43,407 nucleotides of DNA, from assembly GCA_041482775.1 (NCBI GenBank), contig JBGPEJ010000001.1, positions 1 to 43,407 of the forward strand, given 5' to 3'. Made by a program: the position numbers and the translations under genes. Shown one piece after another: positions 24,010-32,725 of the stretch. This DNA comes from Gemmatimonadota bacterium. Its GTDB lineage: Bacteria > Gemmatimonadota > Gemmatimonadetes > Gemmatimonadales > GWC2-71-9. The notes beneath the pieces were generated by a model. It was not told where the DNA came from. It saw only the letters and a program-made list of their open reading frames with translations, and searched no databases. The first letter of the stretch is position 1, and each line of letters begins with the position of its first letter.

Positions 24010-24080
24010 CGGCCCCAAAACTGGCACTTTTCGGCAAAAATTGGCAAATCTTAGCCAAAAAACTCCGAAAAACGGCAAGA
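24010..24080. promoter_or_regulatory. Phased A-tract block (intrinsically curved DNA) in the 357-bp divergent intergenic region
   Basis: A-tracts lie at 24017-20, 24036-40, 24046-48, 24057-62 and 24068-72. Their mean centre spacing is about 10.3 bp, each tract is preceded by a GGC/GCC-type triplet, and the local GC is far below the window norm. Confidence 0.45.
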
Positions 24081-24220
24081 GTCAGAACCCCGCGAAATCG
24101 GCCGGGAATGGGCGCCCAGGTCCCCCCGGGCGCCCACTTCTCAGCGGCTCCGACTGGGGCCACGTGCGGCGACTCCCGGGTCGGTAGATTGCAGCCCGCC
24201 GCACCACCCGGAATGGACCC

Positions 24221-24517
24221 ATGAACGTTGAGCACGACATCTCGGGCCATCGCTTCGTCGTTCGGATGCCGGAGGGGGAAGGCAGCTTGGTTTATGCGGT
24301 TGCCGGTCCTCAACTGCTGGATCTGCTGCACACCGAAGTCTCGCCGAGCCTGCGGGGCCGCGGTATCGCCGACGCGCTGGCGATGGCCGCCGTCGAATAC
24401 GCTCGGCGAACCGGCGCGAAGATCATCCCTACCTGCCCCTTCGTGCGGGGCTGGCTGGCCCGGCACCCAGAGAACAACGACCTCCTCGCCGCAAGACCGT
24501 CCCGCGGCGCGCCCTGA
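24221..24517 (+). CDS. Small GNAT-like N-acetyltransferase (YjdJ type)
   Basis: 98 aa. HTEVSPSLRGRGIADALAMAAVEYARRTGAKIIPTCPFVRGWLARHPE matches the single-domain GNAT_YJDJ pattern. Confidence 0.8.
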   Translation: MNVEHDISGHRFVVRMPEGEGSLVYAVAGPQLLDLLHTEVSPSLRGRGIADALAMAAVEYARRTGAKIIPTCPFVRGWLARHPENNDLLAARPSRGAP

Positions 24518-24602
24518 CCACACGGGACGACGCCAGCCCCCGCTCGCCACCCGTGCCGTCCGATGGTATGTTCGCGGTTCCTCTCTTTCCGGTTACCCTC
24601 CC

Positions 24603-25142
24603 ATGAAGCGTGTATTGAGCCTGGTGGCACTCGCTTCCCTCACTGCCGTTGCCACCCTCCCAGCGCAGCAACCGGGCTCCGGTCCGCTCGCCTCGGCGCT
24701 TCGCGCCGCCTTGACGCGGGTGACGGCGAACATGCCGGGTGCCGCCGACCTGATGCCGGCCGAGAAGTACGGGTTCAAGCCGACTCCGGAGCAGATGAGC
24801 TTCGGAGAGATCATCGCCCACGAGGCGCAGTCCAACGAGACGCTCTGCGCGGCGATCGCCGGCAGCGCGGCGACGCCGTCGGAATCGGCTGCCGGTGCAA
24901 CGGCCCCCAAGGACCAGCTGGTGGCCCGCCTCAAGAAATCCTTCGACTACTGCGGGACCGTCATCGCCCAGCTCAATGAGGGCACCCTGGGTGACTCGGT
25001 GCCGTTCTTCGGCGGCCGCAAGGCCACCCGGGCCCGGGCGGTAATCGTCCTGGCGCAGGACTGGGCCGACCACTATGCCCAGGCCGCGATGTACCTGCGT
25101 GCCAACGGCATCCTCCCACCGTCGGCGCGTCCGCGGCAATAG
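24603..25142 (+). CDS. DinB-family protein with signal peptide
   Basis: 179 aa with signal MKRVLSLVALASLTAVATLPAQ. FKPTPEQMSFGEIIAHEA and DWADHYAQAAMYLRANG parallel the protein at 13108-13620. Confidence 0.8.
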   Translation: MKRVLSLVALASLTAVATLPAQQPGSGPLASALRAALTRVTANMPGAADLMPAEKYGFKPTPEQMSFGEIIAHEAQSNETLCAAIAGSAATPSESAAGATAPKDQLVARLKKSFDYCGTVIAQLNEGTLGDSVPFFGGRKATRARAVIVLAQDWADHYAQAAMYLRANGILPPSARPRQ

Positions 25143-25151
25143 ATTCGGGCG

Positions 25152-25181
25152 GGGGGCGGCGCGGAGCCGCGCGCCGCCCCC
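25152..25181 (+). terminator. 12-bp GC stem-loop between the DinB gene and mmsA
   Basis: GGGGGCGGCGCG (25152-25163) pairs with CGCGCCGCCCCC (25170-25181) across a 6-nt loop. There is no U-tract. Confidence 0.35.
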
Positions 25182-25198
25182 AGCGCCAGCACTTCGCC

Positions 25199-26641
25199 AT
25201 GCCGATCCCCAACTACATCGCCGGCCGGTGGACTCCCTCTTCGTCCGCCGATTCGCTCCCGGTTGCCAATCCCGCCACCGGCGAGCTCCTGGACCGCGTC
25301 CCCCTCTCAACCGCCGCGGACGTGGGCCAGGCGGTTACCGCGGCGGTGGAGGCGTTTCCCCGATGGCGCGACGTTCCGGCGGTCGAGCGCATCAACGTCC
25401 TCTTCCGGCTCAAGGCGCTGCTCGAGGCCAACCTGGACGAGCTCGCCGAAACCATGACCCGGGAGCACGGCAAGACGAAGGACGAATCGATCGGCGAGCT
25501 GAGGCGCGGCATCGAGAGCGTCACCCACGCCTGTGCCATCCCCACGCTCCTGATGGGCGAGACCCTCGAAAACATCGCGCCCGGCATCGACTGCGAAACC
25601 ATCCGCCAGCCCCTCGGCGTGTTCGCGGTGGTCACTCCCTACAATTTTCCGGTGATGATCCCGCTCTGGTTCTGGCCCTTTGCGGTAGCCACCGGGAACA
25701 CCGTGGTGCTCAAGCCCAGCGAGCGCGATCCGCTCACCCATCAACGGGTGGTGAGTCTGGCCGCCGAGGCGGGCCTTCCTGCCGGGGTCCTCAACGTGGT
25801 CCACGGCAATCAGGCCGCGGTGGACGCCCTGCTCGAGCACCCCGAGGTCAAAGGGGTTTCGTTCGTCGGCTCGAGCGCCGTGGCCCGGGGCCTGTACGCC
25901 AAGGCCGCCGCCCACGGCAAGCGGGTCCAGGCGCTGGGCGGCGCCAAGAACCACCTGATCGTGCTCCCCGACGCCGACCTCGACGCCTCCGCCAGGGCGG
26001 TGGTCGCCTCCGCCTTCGGGGCCACCGGCCAGCGCTGTCTCGCCGGCAGCATCGTAGTGAGTGTCGGCGACGCCTACCGCCCGATGCGCGAGCGGGTCCT
26101 GGACGGCGCGGCATCGCTCCGGCTCGGCAACGGTCTCGACCCCGCCGTGACGATGGGGCCGCTCATCTCCGGCGCCCATCGGGCGCGGGTTGCGGGCTAT
26201 GTCGCCGAAGGAAAGCAGGAAGGGGCCACGCTGATTCTGGACGGGAGCGCGGCGACGGTGCCCGAGCTCCCCACCGGCCACTGGTTCGGGCCCACGGTCT
26301 TCGAAGACGTGCAGCCCGGCATGTCGATCGGGCGAGAGGAGATCTTCGGCCCGGTGATCGGCCTCACCCGCGCCGCCTCGCTCGAGGCGGCCATCGCCCT
26401 GGTGCACCGGAACCAGTACGGCAACGCCGTCTCCCTCTTCACCACCAGCGGGCGGGCAGCGCGCGAGTTCCGCTACCGGGCCGGGATAAGCATGCTGGGA
26501 GTCAACATCGGCGTGGTGGCGCCGATGGCGTTCTTTCCGTTCGGGGGCTCCCGCGGATCGTTCTATGGAGACCTCAAGGCGCAGGGGCGGGACGCCATCG
26601 AGTTCTACACCGACAAGCGGGTGGTGATCTCCAAGTGGTGA
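25199..26641 (+). CDS. mmsA: CoA-acylating methylmalonate/malonate-semialdehyde dehydrogenase
   Basis: 480 aa. PYNFPVMIPLWFWPFAVATGNTVVLKPSERDP and the catalytic-Cys region GATGQRCLAGS are characteristic of the MmsA subfamily of aldehyde dehydrogenases. Confidence 0.85.
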   Translation: MPIPNYIAGRWTPSSSADSLPVANPATGELLDRVPLSTAADVGQAVTAAVEAFPRWRDVPAVERINVLFRLKALLEANLDELAETMTREHGKTKDESIGELRRGIESVTHACAIPTLLMGETLENIAPGIDCETIRQPLGVFAVVTPYNFPVMIPLWFWPFAVATGNTVVLKPSERDPLTHQRVVSLAAEAGLPAGVLNVVHGNQAAVDALLEHPEVKGVSFVGSSAVARGLYAKAAAHGKRVQALGGAKNHLIVLPDADLDASARAVVASAFGATGQRCLAGSIVVSVGDAYRPMRERVLDGAASLRLGNGLDPAVTMGPLISGAHRARVAGYVAEGKQEGATLILDGSAATVPELPTGHWFGPTVFEDVQPGMSIGREEIFGPVIGLTRAASLEAAIALVHRNQYGNAVSLFTTSGRAAREFRYRAGISMLGVNIGVVAPMAFFPFGGSRGSFYGDLKAQGRDAIEFYTDKRVVISKW

Positions 26642-26679
26642 ACGGGGGTCCTTGCAACCTTTTCGCCCCTCCAAGTATC

Positions 26680-26691
26680 TTACTATAGTAA
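26680..26691. promoter_or_regulatory. Perfect 12-bp palindrome with embedded -10-like hexamer upstream of PadR
   Basis: TTACTATAGTAA is self-complementary and contains TATAGT (26684-26689). It is flanked by CCAAG...CTTGG and lies about 20 nt upstream of ATG 26711, with GGAGGA between them. Confidence 0.45.
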
Positions 26692-26710
26692 CTTGGAGGA
26701 GCGTCCGCCC

Positions 26711-27052
26711 ATGGCTCTGCTCAAAGGCACTCTCGACGCCCTGGTCCTCAAGGCTCTGTCCTGGGGGCCCATGCACGGGTTCGAGATCACCCGCTGGATC
26801 GAAGACGGGTCCCGGGGGGAATTCGCCATCGAGGCCGCCGCGCTGCTCCAGGCCCTCCACCGCCTGGAAGAGCGGCGGCTGCTCCGCGCCGCCTGGGGCG
26901 TCACCGAGAACAATCGCCGCGCTCGATATTACAGCCTGACCCCCGCCGGCCGGGCCCATCTCCGCGCCGAGACCGAATCGCTCAAGAGCGCGGTCGCGTC
27001 TCTCGCTGCGATGCTCTCCGCCCGCACCGCCTCAGCTCCCGGCGGCCGATGA
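26711..27052 (+). CDS. PadR-family transcriptional regulator
   Basis: 113 aa. LDALVLKALSWGPMHGFEI...LLQALHRLEERRLLRAAWGVTENNRRARYYSLTPAGR is the PadR wHTH. GGAGGA lies 9 nt before the ATG; the TTG at 26693 is less likely. Its stop overlaps the next ATG as ATGA. Confidence 0.85.
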   Translation: MALLKGTLDALVLKALSWGPMHGFEITRWIEDGSRGEFAIEAAALLQALHRLEERRLLRAAWGVTENNRRARYYSLTPAGRAHLRAETESLKSAVASLAAMLSARTASAPGGR

Positions 27053-29742
27053 TGCCGGGATTCATTCGCGCTGGCGTGCGGCGGCTCTTCCAACTCGCGG
27101 TCAGGCGCCCGGAGGAAGCCGCGGCCGACGCCGAGGCCGAGCTCCAGTCCCTGCTCGACGAGCACACCCGATACCTGACGGCGCGCGGGATGGCGCCCGA
27201 TGCCGCGCGGGCCGAAGCATTGCGGCACGTGGGCGGCCCGCTGCCCCGTGCCAGCATCCTCCTTCACCGATCCGCCAAACGCCGGGAGCGAAGCTTGCAG
27301 GCGCATGAATGGCTCGAGGATTTCGCCGCGGACCTCAGGTACGGCTTGCGGGTTCTCCGCCGCAGCCCCTCACTCGCCGTGGCCGCCACGCTCACCCTTG
27401 CCCTCGCCATCGGCGCCAACACCGCCATCTTCTCGGCGGTGAGCGCCGTGATGCTCCGTCCCCTGCCGTTCGCCGAGCCGGGGCGGTTGGTAATGCTGTG
27501 GGAGAAGAACCCCGACTTCCACTGGGACCGGGAGGACGCGGCGCCCGCCAACATGCTCGACTGGAGGGAGCAGGCCGGTGTCTTTGCCGATGTCGCCGCC
27601 TATCCGCATTTCGCGGGCACCATCACCCTGAACGGCTACGGAGAGCCGCGGCTCCTCAAGGCCCAGCCGGTCACTGGAAACTTCTTCGACGTTCTCGGCG
27701 TCCGCGCCGAGCTCGGCCGCACCTTCCGCGATGCGGAGACCTGGGAGGGAAGCGGGCCCCGCGCGGCGGTGCTGAGCTACCGGGCCTGGCGGGACGTCTT
27801 CGGCGCCGACCGCTCCCTGGTGGGTCGCACGGTCGAGCTGGGCGGGCGGCCGGTCGAGATCGCGGGCGTACTGCCCGCGCGATTCGCCGTCCCCGGCCTC
27901 GACGTGGACGTCTGGGAACCCGCGGGCTGGAACCGGACCGACCGTACGCAGATCTGGTTCCGCCGTGCCCACTGGGTGCGGGTGATCGCCCGGCTCAAGC
28001 CCGGGGTCACGCTCGAGGGCGCCGACGCTGGGCTTCAGAAGGTGGTTACGCGGCTCCAGCACGATTTTCCCGCCACCAACCGGCACATGGGTGCGGGGCT
28101 GACTCCGCTGCACGAATTTCTGGTCGGGAACACCCGGCTCCCGCTGCTCGTGATGTTCGGCGCGGTGGCTGTGCTTCTGCTCATCGCCTGCGCCAACGTC
28201 GCCAATCTGCTCCTGGTGCGGGCCGCGGGGCGCGAACGGGAGGCGGCGCTCCGGCTGGCGCTCGGCGCGGGACGGGGCCGACTGTTCCGGCAATCGCTGG
28301 CGGAAAGCGTCCTCCTCGCCGGGCTGGGCGGCGGGGCCGGGCTCGCCCTCGGCTGGTGGGGAACCCGGGTGCTCATCGCGCTCCAGCCGGCGGGGATGCT
28401 GCCGGTGAACGACATCGCGATGAGCTGGCGGGTGCTGGCGTACGTGTTGGTGGCCACGGCGCTCTGCGCCGTGATGTTCGGCCTTGCGCCGATCCTCTGG
28501 GCCGGCCGTCGCATGCCGGCGGACGTGCTCCGTGACGAGGGACGCGCTGCGAGCGGGACCCTGCGCACGCGGCGCTGGGGTGACGCCCTGCTGGTGAGCC
28601 AGGTGGCCATGGCGCTCGCCCTCACGCTGGGCGCGGGGCTCCTGGTCCGCAGCTATCTCGGGCTCCAGCGCGTCGAGCCGGGATTCGACTCACGCCACGT
28701 GCTCGCCGTCCGGGTCGATCTCCCCGGCATCCGGTTCGACAGCACGAGCAAGATTCTGGCGTTCTATGGAGACCTCGAGCGCGAGGCGCGGGCGCTCCCG
28801 GGAGTCGAAGCGGCCGCGGTCGTTTCCGCGGTGCCGCTGGGCCCGCCGTCGTGGTCGAGCCAGTTCGCGGTTGCCGGCCGGGAAGCGCTCGACGGCCAAG
28901 TCGTCCATCGCGAGCTGAGTCCCGGCTACCAGAAAGTCATGCGGGTGCCGCTGCTGCGCGGGCGGCTCCTGACTGCAGCCGATCGTCGGGAGGCGCCCTA
29001 CGTGGTCCTGATCAATCAGACTCTCGCCCGCACCTACTTCCCCGGGCGGGACCCGATCGGCCAGCGCATCGCCTTCGACCGGGTGCCGGATTCCTCGTCC
29101 ACCTGGCGTACCATTGTCGGAGTAGTGGGCGATGAACGGCAGGGCAGCCTGAGCGAGCCTTCCCAGCCGGAGTTCCTCGCGCCGTACCCGCAGGAAGCGC
29201 GGAGCGGCATGACCCTGCTCGTCCGCACCCTCGACGAACCGGCGTTGCTGGCACCCGCCGTGCGCCGCATCGTCGCCGGGCTGGACCCCGATCTTGCCAT
29301 CACTTCCATCCAGACCATGGACCGGGTGCGCGCGGCTTCGTTGGCGCGCGACCGATTCCTCACGGTGCTGATGCTTTCCTTCGCCGGGGTGGGCATGGTA
29401 CTCGGCATGGTGGGCGTGTACGGCGTCGTGGCGCAGCTCGCCCGGCGTCGGACCCGGGAGATGGGCATCCGGATCGCGTTGGGCGCGAAGGCCGGAGAGG
29501 TGCAGTGGCTTGTGGTGCGACACGGCCTGGTGCTGACTGGCGTAGGGATCGTGGCGGGTGTGGCGATGGCGCTGGGGGCCACCCAGGTGATCCGCACCCT
29601 CCTCTACCAGGTAGCGCCCTCCGACCCGCTCACCTTCGTGACGGTGTCGTCGCTCGTCCTGCTCACCGCCACGGCGGCATCGTGGCTCCCCGCCGCGCGG
29701 GCCAGCCGGGCCGACCCCTGCGAGGTGCTGCGCTCCGACTGA
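27049..29742 (+). CDS. ADOP-family MacB-like permease with N-terminal cytoplasmic helical prefix
   Basis: 897 aa. It contains LRYGLRVLRRSPSLAVAATLTLALAIGANTAIFSAVSAVMLRPLPFAEPGRLVMLW, LLIACANVANLLLVRAAGRERE and duplicated FtsX modules. Confidence 0.9.
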   Translation: MMPGFIRAGVRRLFQLAVRRPEEAAADAEAELQSLLDEHTRYLTARGMAPDAARAEALRHVGGPLPRASILLHRSAKRRERSLQAHEWLEDFAADLRYGLRVLRRSPSLAVAATLTLALAIGANTAIFSAVSAVMLRPLPFAEPGRLVMLWEKNPDFHWDREDAAPANMLDWREQAGVFADVAAYPHFAGTITLNGYGEPRLLKAQPVTGNFFDVLGVRAELGRTFRDAETWEGSGPRAAVLSYRAWRDVFGADRSLVGRTVELGGRPVEIAGVLPARFAVPGLDVDVWEPAGWNRTDRTQIWFRRAHWVRVIARLKPGVTLEGADAGLQKVVTRLQHDFPATNRHMGAGLTPLHEFLVGNTRLPLLVMFGAVAVLLLIACANVANLLLVRAAGREREAALRLALGAGRGRLFRQSLAESVLLAGLGGGAGLALGWWGTRVLIALQPAGMLPVNDIAMSWRVLAYVLVATALCAVMFGLAPILWAGRRMPADVLRDEGRAASGTLRTRRWGDALLVSQVAMALALTLGAGLLVRSYLGLQRVEPGFDSRHVLAVRVDLPGIRFDSTSKILAFYGDLEREARALPGVEAAAVVSAVPLGPPSWSSQFAVAGREALDGQVVHRELSPGYQKVMRVPLLRGRLLTAADRREAPYVVLINQTLARTYFPGRDPIGQRIAFDRVPDSSSTWRTIVGVVGDERQGSLSEPSQPEFLAPYPQEARSGMTLLVRTLDEPALLAPAVRRIVAGLDPDLAITSIQTMDRVRAASLARDRFLTVLMLSFAGVGMVLGMVGVYGVVAQLARRRTREMGIRIALGAKAGEVQWLVVRHGLVLTGVGIVAGVAMALGATQVIRTLLYQVAPSDPLTFVTVSSLVLLTATAASWLPAARASRADPCEVLRSD

Positions 29743-29839
29743 CGGCGTCGCCTAACCGTTTCCACGGAGAACCGGCATATTAGGGGGCAATCTGCGCCGA
29801 GGGCCGGGAGTCCCGGAGCCAGGAACCCAGGAGCGAGAG

Positions 29840-31144
29840 ATGAGCACCACCGTCACATCGGTGACCGATGCCGTCCGGTCCGGCTGGAAGGAATTCGTCG
29901 TTCCCGCAGCCCTCCCTTACTACAAGGATCCGCTCGTTCTGGTGGAGGGGAGCGGTTCGACCGTCACCGACTCCGAAGGCCGCGAGTACCTCGACTTTTT
30001 CTGCGGCATCCTCACCACCGGCATCGGCCATTGCCACCCCGAGGTGGTGGACCGGGTTCGCGAGCAGGTGGGCCGCCTCGGCCACACCTCGACCCTCTAT
30101 CTCAGCGAACCGCAGGTCAATGCCGCCCGCCGGCTCGCCGGCATCGCGCCCGGCAAGCTCCGGAAGACCTTCTTCACCAACAGCGGGACCGAGGCGGTCG
30201 AGACCGCCATCATGCTGGCGCGGATGTTCACCGGCCGGGACGAAATCATCTCGCTCCGCTACGGCTACTCCGGCCGCTCCGCTCTGGGCACGACGCTCAC
30301 CGCCATGAGCGGGTGGACCCCGCTGGGCGGATCGGTGCCCTGGGTCAAGCACGCGCTCTCGCCCTACTGTTACCGCTGCGCCTTCGGGCCGCCGCATGAC
30401 GAGTGCGCCGAGCGGTATGCCCGGGACGTCGAGGAAGTCATCCTTACCATGACCAGCGGCAGGCCCGCTGCGTTCTTTGCCGAGACCATCCAGGGCGCCG
30501 GCGGCTACATCGTACCCCCGCCGGGCTATTTCCAGCGGGTGGCCGAGATCATCCGCAAGCACGGCGGATTATTCATCGCCGACGAAGTGCAGACCGGGTT
30601 CGGCCGGACCGGCGACAAGTGGTTCGGCATCGAGCATTGGGGCGTCGAGCCCGACATCATGGTCATGGCCAAGACCGTAGCCGGGGGCTTCCCGGTGGGG
30701 GCGACGATTGCCCGAGATGAGATTGCGACGGCGTGGAAGGGGAAGACCATTTCGACCTTCGGCGGAAACCCGGTCTGTATGACGGCCATGGACACCACGC
30801 TGGAAATCATGGAGCGGGAGAACGTGCCGGCGCGGTGCGCCGAGCGGGGGCGCCAGCTCCACGCCGGCCTCGAGAAGCTATCGCGGCAGCATCCCTGGAT
30901 CGGCGACGTCCGGGGAATGGGGCTGCTGCAGGCGCTGGAACTAGTGGAGGACCGGACCACCAAGGAACCCAGCCCGAAAAAGGCCGCCGCGTTGCTGGAG
31001 GCGGCCCGGGAGGAAGGGCTGCTCATTGGGAGCGGCGGGCTCTATGGGCACGTCATCCGCATCGCGCCGCAGATGCTGATGAGCGAGGTCGAGGTTGCCG
31101 ACGGGCTGGCGCGGCTGGAACGGGCGTGCGGTAAGGTGAAGTAA
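29840..31144 (+). CDS. Class III (omega) aminotransferase
   Basis: 434 aa. It contains FFTNSGTEAVETAIMLAR, DEVQTGFGRTGDKWFGIEHWGVEPDIMVMAKTVAGGFP (PLP lysine) and STFGGNP. Confidence 0.9.
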   Translation: MSTTVTSVTDAVRSGWKEFVVPAALPYYKDPLVLVEGSGSTVTDSEGREYLDFFCGILTTGIGHCHPEVVDRVREQVGRLGHTSTLYLSEPQVNAARRLAGIAPGKLRKTFFTNSGTEAVETAIMLARMFTGRDEIISLRYGYSGRSALGTTLTAMSGWTPLGGSVPWVKHALSPYCYRCAFGPPHDECAERYARDVEEVILTMTSGRPAAFFAETIQGAGGYIVPPPGYFQRVAEIIRKHGGLFIADEVQTGFGRTGDKWFGIEHWGVEPDIMVMAKTVAGGFPVGATIARDEIATAWKGKTISTFGGNPVCMTAMDTTLEIMERENVPARCAERGRQLHAGLEKLSRQHPWIGDVRGMGLLQALELVEDRTTKEPSPKKAAALLEAAREEGLLIGSGGLYGHVIRIAPQMLMSEVEVADGLARLERACGKVK

Positions 31145-31160
31145 GCGGGAGCCGCCGCGG

Positions 31161-32645
31161 CTACGGCCGCGCTAGATGGAAGGTTCCCGGGTCGCCGTTT
31201 CCGACCCGCGCGCCGGACAGGGGGACGCCGAACCCCTGGGAGTCGAGCCGGAGCCCGGCGGCCCGGGCGTCCTTCAGGACGAACGAGACCCGGCTCCCCG
31301 GCGCGGACCGCATCGCAAAGCTCCCGTCCTCCTGCTTGAGCAGCCGCTCCGGCCCTTCTCCCAATGCCTGGATCATCAGCCGGCCGTTTTCGTCGAATAT
31401 CCGGTAGGTGCGGCGGTATTGCGCGTAGGAATCGTGCAGCCCGGGGTCGAGCCGGTCGAGCTTGAGAATGTAGGTCCCATCGAGCCGCTCCCGCTCCACG
31501 GCGGAGACCGGAACGTCGGCCAGGGCCCGCTCGGGCGCCGTCGCGGGAACCGGAAGCGGCGCCAACCCCAGGATGGCGCGGGTGAGCGCCCGGGTGATGG
31601 CGTAGGCGTTCTGACCCTCGGTGTTGGACAGGACCACCACGGTGAGACTGTCCCCCGGAAATTCGTAGAGGCTCCCGCTGTAGCCGAACAGCGAGCCGTG
31701 CTGCCCGATCCTGCGGTGGGTGTCCTCGTGGTTGATCGTGAGCGCCAGCCCGTAGTGGGCCATCGAATCCTGCGGGTTCATCGCGACCGCCGCGCCCTCC
31801 GGGGTCTGCATCCGCCGGAAGGTTTCGGCCCGGAGCAGCTTGCCGCTGCGGAGTGCCCCCCACAGCAGGTCGAGGTCGCCCACGGTGCTGCAGAATCGGA
31901 GATCGGCGTTGTAGGCCATGTCGTTTTCATTGGCCGGCACGAAGCCGCTTCCGAACCACCGGTAGGCGTGGGAGAGCCCCCGGACCAGCGAGTAGTCGTC
32001 ACAGTAGCTGGTGGCGGTGAGCCCCGCCGGCTCGAAGAGATTCTGCCGCACGTACTCGGCAAACCGTTCCCCGGAAATCCGCTCGACGATCGTCACCAGC
32101 AGCTGGAACCCCGAGATCGACCAATCCCACCGGGTGCCCGGCGGGTGCACCCACCGCTTGCCGGCGTAGAGCGCCATCACCTCATCCAGCGCCTTGGGCT
32201 GGCGGCTGGTGGCGTCGATCGGATCGCCCAGGTAGTGATAGTCGACGATGCCGGACGTATGGTTGAGCAGCTGCCGCACCGTGACCCGGTGTCCCTGCAT
32301 GGGGAATTCGGGAACGTACTTCGCCACGTCGTCGTCCAGCCCGAGCCTGCCGCGCTCCACCAGCTGCAGCACGGCGACCCCGGTGAACGGAAGCATCGGT
32401 CCCACGACGTGGTAGACGGTCTCCTCCCGGGCTGGGGCGTCGAGCCCCAGGTCGGCCAGGCCGTAGCCACGGTGCAGCAGCACCCTTCCGGCCCGGGTAA
32501 CCAGCACCGAGGCGCCCACCACCCGCTCCCGCGCCATCACGCTCCGCACGATCGAATCGAGCTGCGCGGGTGACGACTGGGCGGAGCCGGGCCCCGCGGC
32601 ACCGAGCACCAGGAAGCCGAGGATCGGGAAGGGGCGGAACGGCAT
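31161..32645 (-). CDS. Beta-lactamase/transpeptidase-fold (serine hydrolase family) protein, secreted; catalytic motifs apparently absent
   Basis: 494 aa from the ATG at 32645 (MPFRPFPILGFLVLGAAGPGSAQ). Family-typical segments are present (LVERGRLGLDDDVAKYVPEF, VRQLLNHTSGI, PGTRWDWSISGFQLLVTIVERISGERF). GPML sits where SxxK is expected, and WSI where YxN is expected. Confidence 0.8.
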   Translation of the reverse strand: MPFRPFPILGFLVLGAAGPGSAQSSPAQLDSIVRSVMARERVVGASVLVTRAGRVLLHRGYGLADLGLDAPAREETVYHVVGPMLPFTGVAVLQLVERGRLGLDDDVAKYVPEFPMQGHRVTVRQLLNHTSGIVDYHYLGDPIDATSRQPKALDEVMALYAGKRWVHPPGTRWDWSISGFQLLVTIVERISGERFAEYVRQNLFEPAGLTATSYCDDYSLVRGLSHAYRWFGSGFVPANENDMAYNADLRFCSTVGDLDLLWGALRSGKLLRAETFRRMQTPEGAAVAMNPQDSMAHYGLALTINHEDTHRRIGQHGSLFGYSGSLYEFPGDSLTVVVLSNTEGQNAYAITRALTRAILGLAPLPVPATAPERALADVPVSAVERERLDGTYILKLDRLDPGLHDSYAQYRRTYRIFDENGRLMIQALGEGPERLLKQEDGSFAMRSAPGSRVSFVLKDARAAGLRLDSQGFGVPLSGARVGNGDPGTFHLARP

Positions 32646-32680
32646 GACCCTATAATACCGCCCTGGCAACCTTTCCAGGC

Positions 32681-32719
32681 CATAGAGCGTCTATCCCATA
32701 GACGGCCTATGACTATATT
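32681..32719. promoter_or_regulatory. Chain of overlapping ATAGA/TCTAT inverted repeats plus a -10 hexamer 6 nt before the PadR ATG
   Basis: The sequence is CATAGAGCGTCTATCCCATAGACGGCCTATG. It contains GTCTAT-CCC-ATAGAC (32689-32703, perfect) and CATAG-N5-CTATG. TATATT (32714-32719) is followed by 6 nt and then ATG 32726. Confidence 0.4.
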
Positions 32720-32725
32720 CCCCGC

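Noticed and set aside
24022-24036. Sigma-54-like promoter TGGCAC-N5-GGCA, with a second TTGGCA-N-AGCC at 24041-24056
   Set aside because: The GG-to-GC spacing is 11 nt rather than the strictly conserved 12, and the -12 element is GGCA rather than TTGC. No enhancer-binding protein gene is nearby.
23860-24550. ORFs 23860..24078(-), 23999..24550(-) and 23760..24002(+) in and around the AT-rich intergenic region
   Set aside because: They have no SD, odd composition, and overlap the better-supported small GNAT gene or the A-tract block. I treat the region as regulatory DNA rather than coding.
25307-26959. 550-aa minus-strand ORF, and similar ORFs at 27370..28293, 33658..35616 and 42238..43386
   Set aside because: These are antisense shadows of mmsA, the ADOP permeases and the ABC exporter, with no motifs and biased composition.
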